From the NCBI GenBank assembly GCA_964016885.1, contig OZ024745.1, forward strand, positions 14,756,001-14,820,000: 64,000 nucleotides of DNA. Direction: 5' to 3'. The notes beneath the pieces were generated by a model. The model had not been told where the DNA came from. It searched no databases and saw only the letters and a list, made by a program, of their open reading frames with translations. Position 1 is the first letter of the stretch; each line of letters opens with the position of its first letter. Below are positions 29,785 through 42,978 of the stretch, in pieces. Origin of the DNA: Eledone cirrhosa. Taxonomy: Eukaryota. The translations under genes were made by a program, and so were the position numbers.

Positions 29785-30020
29785 TGGAGGCACTCCGTCG
29801 GTTACGACGACGAGTGTTCCAGTTGATCCGATCAACAGCTCAGCTTATTAGTGAAATTAACGTGCAAGTGGCTGAGCATTCCACAGATGCGTACACTTAA
29901 TGTAGTACTTAGGGAGATTCAACGTGACACATAATGTAACAAGGCTGGCCATTTGAACTGCAGGTAAAACTCATTTTTCCCAGCTGGAGGAACGTGAAAT
30001 AAAATATGGTGTGGTTAAAC
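29785..30020 (-). mobile_element. SINE of the second family (3' body)
   Basis: gaggcactccgtcggttacgacgacgag..gaaattaacgtgcaagtggctgagca..cagctg..aacgtgaaataaa. Shares its core with 23635-23900; a degenerate relative lies at 50340-50600. Confidence 0.75.
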
Positions 30021-30675
30021 GGAAACAACATTTCGATTGAGTTCAGTCTTAGGGCCATATTTTTATGTCCTAATATTATCCATCTCTGGTTTTGCTATCT
30101 CTGTTTCTCTCTCAATCAATCTACCTATTTAAATATCTCTCTCCCCCTTTCTCTTTCTCTCTCTATTTCTCTCTCTTACACACAGACACACACATACACA
30201 CACACACACACTCTCTCTCTCTTTCTCTTTCTCTCTCTCTTTCACACACATACACTATCTCTTTCTCTCTCTCTCTCTCTTACACACACACACACTCTCT
30301 CTCTCTTTCCGCCCTCTTTATTTGAATTGCTATGAGAAACAAAAGCTTGTCACATCTCCCTCTTCTTCATATACATGACAAACATTCATATATTTCTGAA
30401 GAAAAAATAATTAGTTAGAAACAAACAGTCTCTCTTGGATACAGAGTTAAACTTTCAACATTTAAATTTAAGTTTGATTGCCTAGGAGGATATCCTTCCG
30501 CCTGTGAAAAATGAACTGCTTAAATAAAAATGTAATTCTCCTCCTTGTTTCAAACAATGGAAATATAGAGAAAGGAGGAGCCAATGGAGTTTGAATATAA
30601 CGTCAACTAGATAGTAAAGAATTGACTTTTACGACACAATAATTATTTATTTACAATAGTTTAAAACTTTGCCTA

Positions 30676-30891
30676 TTAATCGGTATGGTGAGCAAATGGG
30701 GTCTCACGTGCTGGCCACCCCACAGCCCCGGCGGACAGGGTGGAGAAGGCGTTTCCCCGGAGGACGGCAAGGGAGATGCGCTGGAAGAGCCATTCCAACT
30801 CGCGTGGCTCACACCTGCGGCTGGCCAGCTCAGTGCCTATTAAGGTGAATAGGGAGGTAGCCCTAGGGCCAAGGACACCTACACCTTCAAT
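30676..30891 (-). mobile_element. CRE-clade LINE extreme 3' fragment
   Basis: IEGVGVLGPRATSLFTLIGTELASRRCEPRELEWLFQRISLAVLRGNAFSTL, containing the QRISxAxxRGNA signature. Confidence 0.8.
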
Positions 30892-30928
30892 ATCAAATAA
30901 TAAAACTTTGTAATACTAATGTACCTAA

Positions 30929-30972
<44 letters not shown>

Positions 30973-30973
<1 letters not shown>

Positions 30974-32522
30974 GAACCGGGACAAGTCGATCAGTCTGCA
31001 ACTCGGCACGTGGAGGGGCAGATCGATGCCCTCCGATGGCGTCGTCGGGCGCTGGACGGAGGGCCCGGTGAAGTTGCTCGGGGTCTGGTTCGGACCAGAC
31101 CTCCAGGTGGAGAAGAACTGGGGTGAGGTGACGAACAGGGTGTTTGCACTGACCCAGAAGTGGGCCGAGTGCAAACTGTCCCTGAAAGGTCGGGCGGAGG
31201 TGGCGAACACTTATATAGCGTCCGTCATCTACTACCGCCTGACCGTTGTGCCTTGCCCAAGGGAAACGCTCGCCAAAATGGAGCGCGCACTCTTCCAATT
31301 CCTTTGGAAGAAGCGGGCTCCTATGGTGAGGAGATCCATCTGCTGTCAACACCCTTCGAAAGGAGGGCTGGGATGCCGTGGCTAATGATACGTAAACACG
31401 CATTAAGGCTACGGCACCTTCAGGTATTCCTCTCTGGTCAACCGGTGTGGGCTCCGTTTGTGAGGCGAGCCTTTCCCAGACTCGTCTCACTCACCGAGCT
31501 GCAATCCTGGGTCAAACAAAGACCGAGAAAACTGGGCGCCTGGCACACCGAGTGTGCCCAGGCGCTCACGGCTCTCTGGCAGGCGGACCCGGCTGTCAGT
31601 GGAGAATCCACCTCGTCATTCTATAGAGGGCTGGTGGTTAGCAGGTGCGACGACGCCCTCGGAGAAGCCCTAGGCATGGAGGAAGACGAACTGGCCAACC
31701 TGTTCGGTAGGACATTCAGCCCGGGACCCATGGATAACTTCCAGAGGTCCCTGGCCTGGCAATGCTACAGAAGGGCTCTGCCCGTTCGAGAAACGCTCTA
31801 CAGACACGGGCGCCCGGGTAGGGACCCATCGAAAAAGATCTGTCCGAGATGCGTGTGCGACGAGGAAGCCGTTGCACACGCATTGGTACACTGCTCGGCC
31901 ATTGCCGATCTGTGGGGCTATGTCGAACAACTGCTGTCAAGGGTGGGACCGATCCAGTTGACCACCGAGTCTATTGTAACGATCAAGCCGCCTCCCCTCT
32001 TCAAAAATGAAGGAGAGGCGGTGTTTCTGTGCGTAATAGCCATAGCGAAAGAGGTTGTATGGTGGACGCGTCTGAAAGGACTGAGGTCAGACACCTTTCT
32101 CTCTGGCCAACAACTGGTCCGTTTCTTCCGATATCATTTCGGAAGAAGGATCAAGATGGAGAGAGAGGTGCTGCACCCCAGCCGTTTCTATGAAAGATGG
32201 GTGAAAGTGGCGAGAATGGCCCGTGTGAATGGGCCTTCACTCTACATCAGACTATAGGTGAGGAAGATGAAAGACCAAGGGAGCACTCCTTCTCTGTGCT
32301 CCTGAGGAGAAGGGTTGCACACTTTTTTCGGGTGTGTGTGTGCGACCCCCCAAGGCGCCTCCTCTCTATTGAGGACTTTGTTATAAATTTTATTTTTTGT
32401 TATATTTTATTTTATTTTTATATATTGTTATTGCCTCCTCCTTATTGAGGACGCCTTGTTTTGTAAACTCCCCCCATTGTACTTGTCCCACTTTTGATGC
32501 CCTGGTGGCAAATAAAAGAAAC
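30973..32522 (+). mobile_element. 5'-truncated Tx1/L1-group LINE (RT C-terminus, C-terminal Zn knuckle, 3' UTR)
   Basis: NRDKS..VKLLGVWFG..LSLKGRAEVANTYIAS..ALFQFLW..KGGLG, one frameshift near 31370, then CPRCVCDEEAVAHALVHC and stop at 32257. AATAAA near 32511. GC-rich; (ATCT)n on both flanks. Confidence 0.92.
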
Positions 32523-33983
32523 ATATCTATCTATCTATCTATCTATGTATCTATCTATCTATCTGTCTATCTATTTACTTATTTATATATTTATCTATCT
32601 ATTTATCTCTGTCTGTTTGTTTGACTCTCTATCTCTCTATCTAGTTGTTGGATATTCTCTCTGTATATGTATACAACCATCTATATATCTACCTATCCAT
32701 CTATCTACGTATCTACATACCTATCTAGCTATATATATCTCCCTACCTACGAATGTACCTATATCTGTCTATGCAGAGTCATACCTGTTAACTCATAAAT
32801 ATGTGATTGGCTGCCTCTCGTATTGCTGTATATTCATGTAAATTGATGGGAAAATTTGATAGCAGTAGGAAATAAAAGTGATACACAAATAGACTTGAGG
32901 AATGTGTATATGTGTACGCACGCATGCACATACACGTTATATATATATATATATATATATATGCATAAACATATGTACATCGGTAGATTACGAGAAATGA
33001 AAATAATTGCTGTAATAATGTTCTGGAAAATACTTATGGTTATATATGCTTCTGAAGTTGTGTATATTTATATATACTTATGGTTATATGTGCTTATGAA
33101 GTTGTGTATATTTATTTTCAGATTTGTCAGTATTTTATTGTGGACCAAATGACTATCTATCTATATCTGTAGTCAGCTCGATTCCATCGTTGTATTCTAT
33201 TGTATTACCAATTATTTACTAATCTATTTTCTCAGGAATTTATCACTATATTTATTTATGTCTTCCTATCAGTATTGCCTGGCACAAGGAAACACTACAC
33301 ATATAGTATTATTTCTCAATATACCGCATTCATTTGAAATGCACATACATACAACTTCTTTATTTCTAAATATTTTTTCACTCTTCCATCTTTATTGATC
33401 CAATTATCCGACATGATTTTATTTTCTACTTAGTCATCTACGCAATATTAACATTTCTGACTTCTTTCTTTACCATTTTGCCAGTTAGTTCATTTGTTTT
33501 TCAATCTGATTCTAGTCAAAATGTTGCTAATTTTCTCTTATTTTTCTCTCCATTTCACTAATTATATTTTGCAGCAAAATATAGATTTCACCATCGTTTG
33601 GAATATATTTTATTCATTTAATTATTTTTCCGTCCTTCTGAAATTACCATATTCTTGAAGAAATATTTCTGGTTGATATAACATGTCAGAGGGAACCGGA
33701 ATAACTGCCATAAATTCGATTAGTTATGTCTAATCAATCAACTCCAGAGATACAGTTACGTTCAGAACTTCTTAACATTTCTTTCTAACATAGAAAACAA
33801 ACTACGGCGGCGATATTTCATACAAATGCTGGGTTAATTGAAACGACGTTTCATTGTTAACATAGAAAAGCACCGTAGTTAATGTAAACATCTTGAATTC
33901 TTACATCCAATATGTTTTCAAATGATTGTCAAATAATTATTGACTGTAAATATTATGAAAAAGTATAAGAGAAATGGTATACG

Positions 33984-34034
<51 letters not shown>

Positions 34035-34156
34035 AATATAGACATAGAATATTCGAAAATATTCTGTATGTTTATAATAAACATTTTGAAGACCTAATCG
34101 CTATAGAATAGAATACGTCACGTATTACAATTAGATTCTCGATAAAAGCAAGGGAA

Positions 34157-34199
34157 GTAATCTACGCGTTTCATTCTTGTTAGAATTCATCAGGACTAC
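34157..34199 (-). ncRNA. Type I hammerhead, minus-strand copies (also 34467-34509, 34777-34819, 35087-35129)
   Basis: Reverse complement of the 35464-35506 motif. Confidence 0.9.
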
Positions 34200-35463
34200 A
34201 TATCCAGTGCTTTTATCGAGAATGACACAGCTAGAGACTTATAGAATACTTAGCTGTGTACAGGAACTGGTTTGAAAGAGCGGTTGCCGGTCCGGCAGAA
34301 ATTAGAAATTGGAATAAATGCTCTGAAATAGCGATATATATGTGAATATAGACATAGAATATTCGAAAATATTCTGTATGTTTATAATAAACATTTTGAA
34401 GACCTAATCGCTATAGAATAGAATACGTCACGTATTACAATTAGATTCTCGATAAAAGCAAGGGAAGTAATCTACGCGTTTCATTCTTGTTAGAATTCAT
34501 CAGGACTACATATCCAGTGCTTTTATCGAGAATGACACAGCTAGAGACTTATAGAATACTTAGCTGTGTACAGGAACTGGTTTGAAAGAGCGGTTGCCGG
34601 TCCGGCAGAAATTAGAAATTGGAATAAATGCTCTGAAATAGCGATATATATGTGAATATAGACATAGAATATTCGAAAATATTCTGTATGTTTATAATAA
34701 ACATTTTGAAGACCTAATCGCTATAGAATAGAATACGTCACGTATTACAATTAGATTCTCGATAAAAGCAAGGGAAGTAATCTACGCGTTTCATTCTTGT
34801 TAGAATTCATCAGGACTACATATCCAGTGCTTTTATCGAGAATGACACAGCTAGAGACTTATAGAATACTTAGCTGTGTACAGGAACTGGTTTGAAAGAG
34901 CGGTTGCCGGTCCGGCAGAAATTAGAAATTGGAATAAATGCTCTGAAATAGCGATATATATGTGAATATAGACATAGAATATTCGAAAATATTCTGTATG
35001 TTTATAATAAACATTTTGAAGACCTAATCGCTATAGAATAGAATACGTCACGTATTACAATTAGATTCTCGATAAAAGCAAGGGAAGTAATCTACGCGTT
35101 TCATTCTTGTTAGAATTCATCAGGACTACATATCCAGTGCTTTTATCGAGAATGACACAGCTAGAGACTTATAGAATACTTAGCTGTGTACAGGAACTGG
35201 TTTGAAAGAGCGGTTGCCGGTCCGGCAGAAATTAGAAATTGGAATAAATGCTCTGAAATAGCGATATATATGTGAATATAGACATAGAATATTCGAAAAT
35301 ATTCTGTATGTTTATATTCACATATATATCGCTATTTCAGAGCATTTATTCCAATTTCTAATTTCTGCCGGACCGGCAACCGCTCTTTCAAACCAGTTCC
35401 TGTACACAGCTAAGTATTCTATAAGTCTCTAGCTGTGTCATTCTCGATAAAAGCACTGGATAT

Positions 35464-35506
35464 GTAGTCCTGATGAATTCTAACAAGAATGAAACGCGTA
35501 GATTAC
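35464..35506 (+). ncRNA. Type I hammerhead, plus-strand copies (also starting at 35774, 36084, 36394, 36704, 37014)
   Basis: GTAGTC CTGATGA ATTCT aaca AGAAT GAAAC GC GTA GATTAC. Canonical core, palindromic stem III ACGCGT. Stem I is extended by attctcgataaaagca/tgcttttatcgagaat. Confidence 0.9.
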
Positions 35507-37209
35507 TTCCCTTGCTTTTATCGAGAATCTAATTGTAATACGTGACGTATTCTATTCTATAGCGATTAGGTCTTCAAAATGTTTATTATAAACATACAGA
35601 ATATTTTCGAATATTCTATGTCTATATTCACATATATATCGCTATTTCAGAGCATTTATTCCAATTTCTAATTTCTGCCGGACCGGCAACCGCTCTTTCA
35701 AACCAGTTCCTGTACACAGCTAAGTATTCTATAAGTCTCTAGCTGTGTCATTCTCGATAAAAGCACTGGATATGTAGTCCTGATGAATTCTAACAAGAAT
35801 GAAACGCGTAGATTACTTCCCTTGCTTTTATCGAGAATCTAATTGTAATACGTGACGTATTCTATTCTATAGCGATTAGGTCTTCAAAATGTTTATTATA
35901 AACATACAGAATATTTTCGAATATTCTATGTCTATATTCACATATATATCGCTATTTCAGAGCATTTATTCCAATTTCTAATTTCTGCCGGACCGGCAAC
36001 CGCTCTTTCAAACCAGTTCCTGTACACAGCTAAGTATTCTATAAGTCTCTAGCTGTGTCATTCTCGATAAAAGCACTGGATATGTAGTCCTGATGAATTC
36101 TAACAAGAATGAAACGCGTAGATTACTTCCCTTGCTTTTATCGAGAATCTAATTGTAATACGTGACGTATTCTATTCTATAGCGATTAGGTCTTCAAAAT
36201 GTTTATTATAAACATACAGAATATTTTCGAATATTCTATGTCTATATTCACATATATATCGCTATTTCAGAGCATTTATTCCAATTTCTAATTTCTGCCG
36301 GACCGGCAACCGCTCTTTCAAACCAGTTCCTGTACACAGCTAAGTATTCTATAAGTCTCTAGCTGTGTCATTCTCGATAAAAGCACTGGATATGTAGTCC
36401 TGATGAATTCTAACAAGAATGAAACGCGTAGATTACTTCCCTTGCTTTTATCGAGAATCTAATTGTAATACGTGACGTATTCTATTCTATAGCGATTAGG
36501 TCTTCAAAATGTTTATTATAAACATACAGAATATTTTCGAATATTCTATGTCTATATTCACATATATATCGCTATTTCAGAGCATTTATTCCAATTTCTA
36601 ATTTCTGCCGGACCGGCAACCGCTCTTTCAAACCAGTTCCTGTACACAGCTAAGTATTCTATAAGTCTCTAGCTGTGTCATTCTCGATAAAAGCACTGGA
36701 TATGTAGTCCTGATGAATTCTAACAAGAATGAAACGCGTAGATTACTTCCCTTGCTTTTATCGAGAATCTAATTGTAATACGTGACGTATTCTATTCTAT
36801 AGCGATTAGGTCTTCAAAATGTTTATTATAAACATACAGAATATTTTCGAATATTCTATGTCTATATTCACATATATATCGCTATTTCAGAGCATTTATT
36901 CCAATTTCTAATTTCTGCCGGACCGGCAACCGCTCTTTCAAACCAGTTCCTGTACACAGCTAAGTATTCTATAAGTCTCTAGCTGTGTCATTCTCGATAA
37001 AAGCACTGGATATGTAGTCCTGATGAATTCTAACAAGAATGAAACGCGTAGATTACTTCCCTTGCTTTTATCGAGAATCTAATTGTAATACGTGACGTAT
37101 TCTATTCTATAGCGATTAGGTCTTCAAAATGTTTATTATAAACATACAGAATATTTTCGAATATTCTATGTCTATATTCACATATATATCGCTATTTCAG
37201 AGCATTTAT

Positions 37210-37255
<46 letters not shown>

Positions 37256-37314
37256 GAACAAGTATGACCCCGACGGCAGAGCTCAAGCCGTTTCGACAGC
37301 TATTTCTGGACTCT

Positions 37315-37341
<27 letters not shown>

Positions 37342-37347
<6 letters not shown>

Positions 37348-37906
37348 GGAATTGGTGCTCTGAAATAGCGATATATATATGAATGTATATATAGCGTATT
37401 TTGCAATACACTGTATGCTTAATTAAAAGCATTTCGAAGACCTTATGCTATTGTTTTAGAGTAGTGACAGTCTCACTTACTTTACATTTTCAGCAAACAG
37501 GGGAGATAAAGCTGACAGAGCTCTTTTTGGTACTTATCAAAACTAAGTACTCCACCTGTTTGCTGAAAATCATGAATGGTTGATTCTTATAGAGCACCAT
37601 TTCAGAGCACCAATTCCAATTTTCAATTTCTGCTTGACCGGCAACCGCTCTGTATAATCAGTTCCTGATTATTACTAGAATTCTATAAGAATCAAACATT
37701 CATGATTTTCAGCAAACAGGTGGACTACTTAGCTTTGATAAGTACCAAAAAGTACGAAACAGCTTTGTCAGCTTTATCTCCCCTGTTTGCTGAAAATTTA
37801 AAGTAAGTGAGACTGTCACTACTCTAAAACAATAGCGTAAGGCCTTCGAAATGCTTTTAATTAAGCATACAGTGTATTGCAAAATACACTATATATACAT
37901 TCATAT
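37342..37906. repeat. Diverged relative of the 310-bp unit, arranged as an inverted repeat
   Basis: Arms about 37373-37591 and 37683-37906. Shares atttcagagca..ttccaattt..gaccggcaaccgctct and gaagacct..gctat with the 310-bp unit. Confidence 0.85.
37731..37773 (+). ncRNA. Type I hammerhead, U3-A8 core variant
   Basis: AGCT TTGATAA GTAC caaaaa GTAC GAAAC A gctt T GTC AGCT, with distal stem attttcagcaaacagg/cctgtttgctgaaaat. The mirror copy near 37510-37545 has lost GAAAC. Confidence 0.8.
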
Positions 37907-38039
37907 ATATATATATATATTATGAAGAAGAGAGACGGTCTTATGTGAATCGATAAGGAATACAAATCGTAGGGAGCTTTACGTCTGTTTACAAAAAACA
38001 GTCGGCGGATTATCTGATCAACCAACATTCATTAATTGA

Positions 38040-38127
<88 letters not shown>

Positions 38128-40344
38128 GTATTAAAACAACGATGAACTTTCGTTTACATTATTAGATTTTTATTGTATGTCGACCTTTTACGCGCGTTTC
38201 GCCAAGGATTGGCTCAAGGACATCAATAGGAGATATGGACCCAGACATTGTATATTCTACTTGAACCCTATGCAGCTGTACATTAGAGTTGCAGTAGATA
38301 GAGAGAGGGGGGGGGGGCTGTGAGGGAGGAGGGTCGTGAGTGAGAAGACCAGATGTTAGCAATGAATACGTTTATTTTAATTTCACTGAGAGACAGCCCA
38401 TGAAAACTTTCGATATTATTTTATCATCAGTGAAACATAATATACTTCTTGCTAATTGTAATACTTTGTCACAATATATTGTAAAGCTGGTAATTTATAT
38501 ATGTTTATATACTTCAGTAGATTAACGTAAATATGCGTGTATCTGGATGTTTGCTTGTGTGTTTGTGTGTGCGGTTATGTCACATTACCAGATAAGTCAT
38601 TCAGTAGTGTGATAGTTCCAAGAAAATTATTAAATGTTAATCGAAGGCAGCAACTATTACATTCTAATTATTTTTAGTTCCCGTTTGAGGATTTCTATCT
38701 TCTAAAATATCTCGTCTTATTGCGCTTATTTTAAAACTGTGCTTATTAAGTTCTGTTGGCAATCAGGATAAAGTAACAGAATCCTGATTATGGTTTTAAT
38801 GAAAGCTGAAGCTATTAGATTATCTAACTCAATCTTTTTGGTTGCTAAGACTCATGTTGATTAGCTATGCTGTCATATTTAACAGCGAAAACGTTTATTA
38901 AATACAGGATCCTATCTTTGTTTACCTCATTGAAACTCATCTTCGCTGTTTCTAAATTCTAATTAATACGTACACATATGTGTATGTGTGTAACACATAT
39001 ATGTACACACATATATGTATGTGTGTAACATATATGTGTACACACATATATGTGTATGTGTGTAAGCATGGATATCATTAAGTGTGTATATACACTTACT
39101 ACTTGCTACACTGCTGGAATATTTTTGCATATTTTTACAGATACGTTAGAAACTTTGCTTTTATTTTCTGTTTGGTATGTTATTGTATATACGCAGGTGT
39201 GCATGGCGAGCGTCGTTTATTTTAAAGATGCTATTTTGTGTTCGAATTTGATAATTTTATTAAGTATTTGTTTCGTATTTCTCTATTAATTCTTTATTTA
39301 TTTTGAAATAGTGACATTTACCATTTATATAATGTGCTTAAAACTACTATAAGAGAATAGAATATAGAAGATATGTAATGCCTTCATTTATGACAGAAAG
39401 ACATAATCATATGTAGAATATTATACAGAAACATATATCTTGCGTGTTTATTAAATATTTTGAAATTAAAATACTGCACAGTATACCGTTCTGTTTATTA
39501 CACATTTGATTGATTTTTGTCTGAATTTTTGAGTAATCTCAAGTGAATTTCGAGAGCTATTTGTTTTCTATTTAGTTTCGCAGATAATTTATTTTAATAC
39601 TATTGAATATTATTTTGTCTGCTTTTTTTTTTTTGGACAAAACAAATATAGTTAAAATGGCGAAGATTTCTACGTTTATTTTTACTTTCAATCTAAATTG
39701 ACATATCGCTGATAAAAATTGTTTCATTTATCGAGCAAACAGACAACTTATTTTTATCTTTTAACATTTCAAATTATTTTCATAATTTGTTACACCAACT
39801 TTCATAAATGTACAGGATAATTATTGAAATTTCTAACTGAAAATATCTAATTTTCATTGAACGGTAAGTGTTTTCAATTTAATAAAAGCTAATTACTATA
39901 TGTAAGAATGACTAAATTTGTTGACAAATAAGCGAGAGTAATCTTATGCTGTTTATAATCAATGGCAATCAATAATGAAGACTAAATGTATTTTAGGTAA
40001 TGTCTATCATCAAAATAGTTGAAATCAGTTAAATAGCAGTTCAATATTTCGTTTATGTCATGTGTTACAAATTGATTTTAGTGTCTGTATAGAATTCTTT
40101 TGATAATAAGATACATTTGGTATGGTATGGTATGGCATGGTATGGTATGGTTTGGTATGGTTTCGTTTCGTATGGTATCATAAATCCTGATGGAGTCAAA
40201 GGGGTGCCGTTGTGGCACACATCATTACTGGGGCATTTTCAACCTAGTGGAACCCTAACCCTAACCCTCTCCAGGTCTGAACACATCTGATGTCTTCCAG
40301 AAAAGGAAGAAAAGTGAGATAGAGGAAGTAAGAAGGAGATATAG

Positions 40345-40500
40345 GGAAGAATTGATCCCAGTACTAGACTGGTACTTTTTCTATCGACCTCGAAAGGATG
40401 AAAGGCATAGTTGAGTTGCGTGGGATTTGAATTCAGAGAGAGGAGAGCCGGAACGAATACTTCAAATAACACTATCTAATGTTCTATCGATTCTACCAAT
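40345..40500 (-). mobile_element. Degenerate SINE
   Basis: ctggtactttttctatcgacctcgaaaggatgaaaggc..gggatttgaattc. Confidence 0.7.
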
Positions 40501-40769
40501 CCTATAACAATTTATGCAGTTGTTATATGTTAGTGCCGAGTGATCGTGTCCATGACTTTCATATGCTCCTCAGACTGTTGTTCAGCATGTAGCTACAGTA
40601 GTAATATTGTGGACAAGGAAATCGTAGAGCTTTGACATTCTGTGTCAGGCAGCTGTTGATATGATAGTTAGCGTTGTACCTCCAAGTGATAGAGTATTGG
40701 TAACGAACAATTGAGAAGCGGCTGTGACAATTTAGGGATAACATATCTTTTAATATTTACGTCTACGCT

Positions 40770-40945
40770 ACGGCAGTTGATTGGCGGTATTGGTAGAGCA
40801 TTGGCAAACATGCTTTATGGCATAGGGCTACGACCCTTTACGATCTGAGTTCAAATCCCACTAAGGTTAGCATAGCCTTTCACCCTTACGAGGTTGATAA
40901 AATAAAGAACCAGTAACGTACTGGGTTCGATTTAATCGACTTTCC
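40770..40945 (+). mobile_element. tRNA-derived SINE
   Basis: ttggcggtattggtagag..gagttcaaatccc..gataaaataaag. Confidence 0.8.
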
Positions 40946-42732
40946 TAATATTTACAACTACGCTATATTATCTCGATCAGTTTGTACGAGTTCAAAGATC
41001 ACTTATCACGAGTTCTCTTCTTCGATGTGTGAATTGAACCACATTGAATTCAACCCCGGAACGTTTGCTCCTTAACGAAAAGCAGTATCTACCCAAGCTA
41101 CTCATGGTATTTGAAATCTAATACCATGCATCTAATACCTAAAAGCATATCCATTTGATTAATTAAATCCTTAATCACGATGGGAAATGACTTGAATTCC
41201 TATATAGAAATATCTGCATTGCTTTATCCATGGATAGTTCGAATTCACACTATAATTCCTAAATGAAATATGAATATTTTATTTCACCTTCAACAGAACT
41301 TTGTTGCTGGAGTGTGCGTGCGTGCGTGCGTGCGTGCGTGCGTCTCTGTGTGTCTGTGTTTAATAAAACGAAATATATCATAAATATTGAAAATGTTGCA
41401 GCTAATCACATTTCTATATCATTCCCCTTGCAACGAGTGAAAGGCTTACCATATCACATTCAATATAAATATTTCTACTTCTATATCGTGTTGGATATAG
41501 ATATAGAAATTTATTTATTCGTGGTGATAAACAGATATTCATAAATTTAACATTATCTTTCTGTTTCTGTTTTGAGTTCCATTTACCCATACATACTTCT
41601 TCCCTGTGACACCGTTTTATGATAAAATCATTTTATATATTTAACATAACTCATAATAGCTTCATCCGGAAACACGTAGCAATTCATTATGTATCTCGTG
41701 AGAATTGCTAGGTAAAACTATACTTAACAATAGTCATTATATTCAGTTCTATCTGTCACATAGCAATCGATCTGTTGATGTTCGTTTCATATCTTTACTT
41801 CTATTGTCAATTCTTTGTGTGTTTTTAATTAAAATTTCATCTATAAAAAAAAAATAGACACCAGAAACACTTCTTAAGAATTCAATAGATTTTATTAAGA
41901 TATTTTAAGCCCTTTTTGAGCCAATAGATTTCGTTAATAGATGTTATTAATATTATCTGATGGAATAGTTCCGCTAGAATCGAAAGTTATATATGAACGC
42001 AGCTTGATTTCATTTTCCGCTTTCGTGTTTACTTAATTGAAAAATCTCAATTGCTTACCTTCCCTTTGTATTCAATAAATGTTTAATGCTGAATACAGAA
42101 TATTAAATTTTAAATTACCCTCAGATAATATGAAGTATGTGATGTTTACGTTGTCTTCTTAATCCGAATATGAAAATATAAAGCTCTACTTTATATTAAA
42201 ATATAAAGCTTGTTAAACAAATATGTTGTCAGTATTTCCGTTAAATGACATCAAATATGATTATAGCTTGAAAGTTGGTTCGACATGCAGGCGAGAAAAT
42301 AGCGCATACTTACCAACACAGATTTCAACACATAAGATTCATTTATATTTGGATCTACTGAATCTATAATAGAAGAATATCAGAACGTTTAGCGTTTCAT
42401 ATTACACAGTTAACAAGTAACAAAAGGAAAACGATGAGATATTAGATTTCAAAAGTGACAAACTAGACATTGAGAAACGGTTATAACTGATGTTCATATG
42501 TAAGAGAAATGAACATTATGTTGCAGTTATCAGAAGATCTCAAATCCCTTCTGATACTTTTTATCCAATATGTAAAAAAAAATCACATATCACATTTCTC
42601 ACAAGCATCTTTCCTATTACCCCCCCCCCCCCCCAACCAGTAAATATAGGCAAAGTGCATTCAATATTAGTGGTAAAGCAAAGTAGATGAAAGAAAATAT
42701 AAAACCATTTACGATATGAATTATACATATGC

Positions 42733-42920
42733 ATAGACCCTCCATCTCAACTCTACTTTTGAAAGCTGAAGAACTGCGAAACCGCTAAAGAGACCAAATA
42801 AATATATATATATTTTTTTAAATAAAACTCCAGTTGCATTTTCAATTTCATCTTTTTTTCTTTATACTTTCACTCGTGTAGGACACCTAGGTTATTTTTC
42901 ATTTTGTAAAAAAATCTCAC

Positions 42921-42930
<10 letters not shown>
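42733..42930 (+). mobile_element. Solo fragment of the PLE pseudo-LTR with decayed hammerhead
   Basis: Matches 6583-6780 and ends in (TA)n. Confidence 0.85.

Positions 42931-42978
<48 letters not shown>

Larger units (their letters stand above)
34031..37215. repeat. 310-bp tandem array, ~4.1 copies then ~6.1 inverted copies, one hammerhead per unit (retrozyme-like)
   Basis: Unit starts at 34031, 34341, 34651, 34961 and 35271; inversion centre near 35295. Copies look identical. (TA)n at both ends. Confidence 0.95.

Noticed and set aside
34031-37215. CRISPR array or plain satellite
   Set aside because: No unique spacers and no cas genes in eukaryotic DNA. The ribozyme in every unit argues against an inert satellite.
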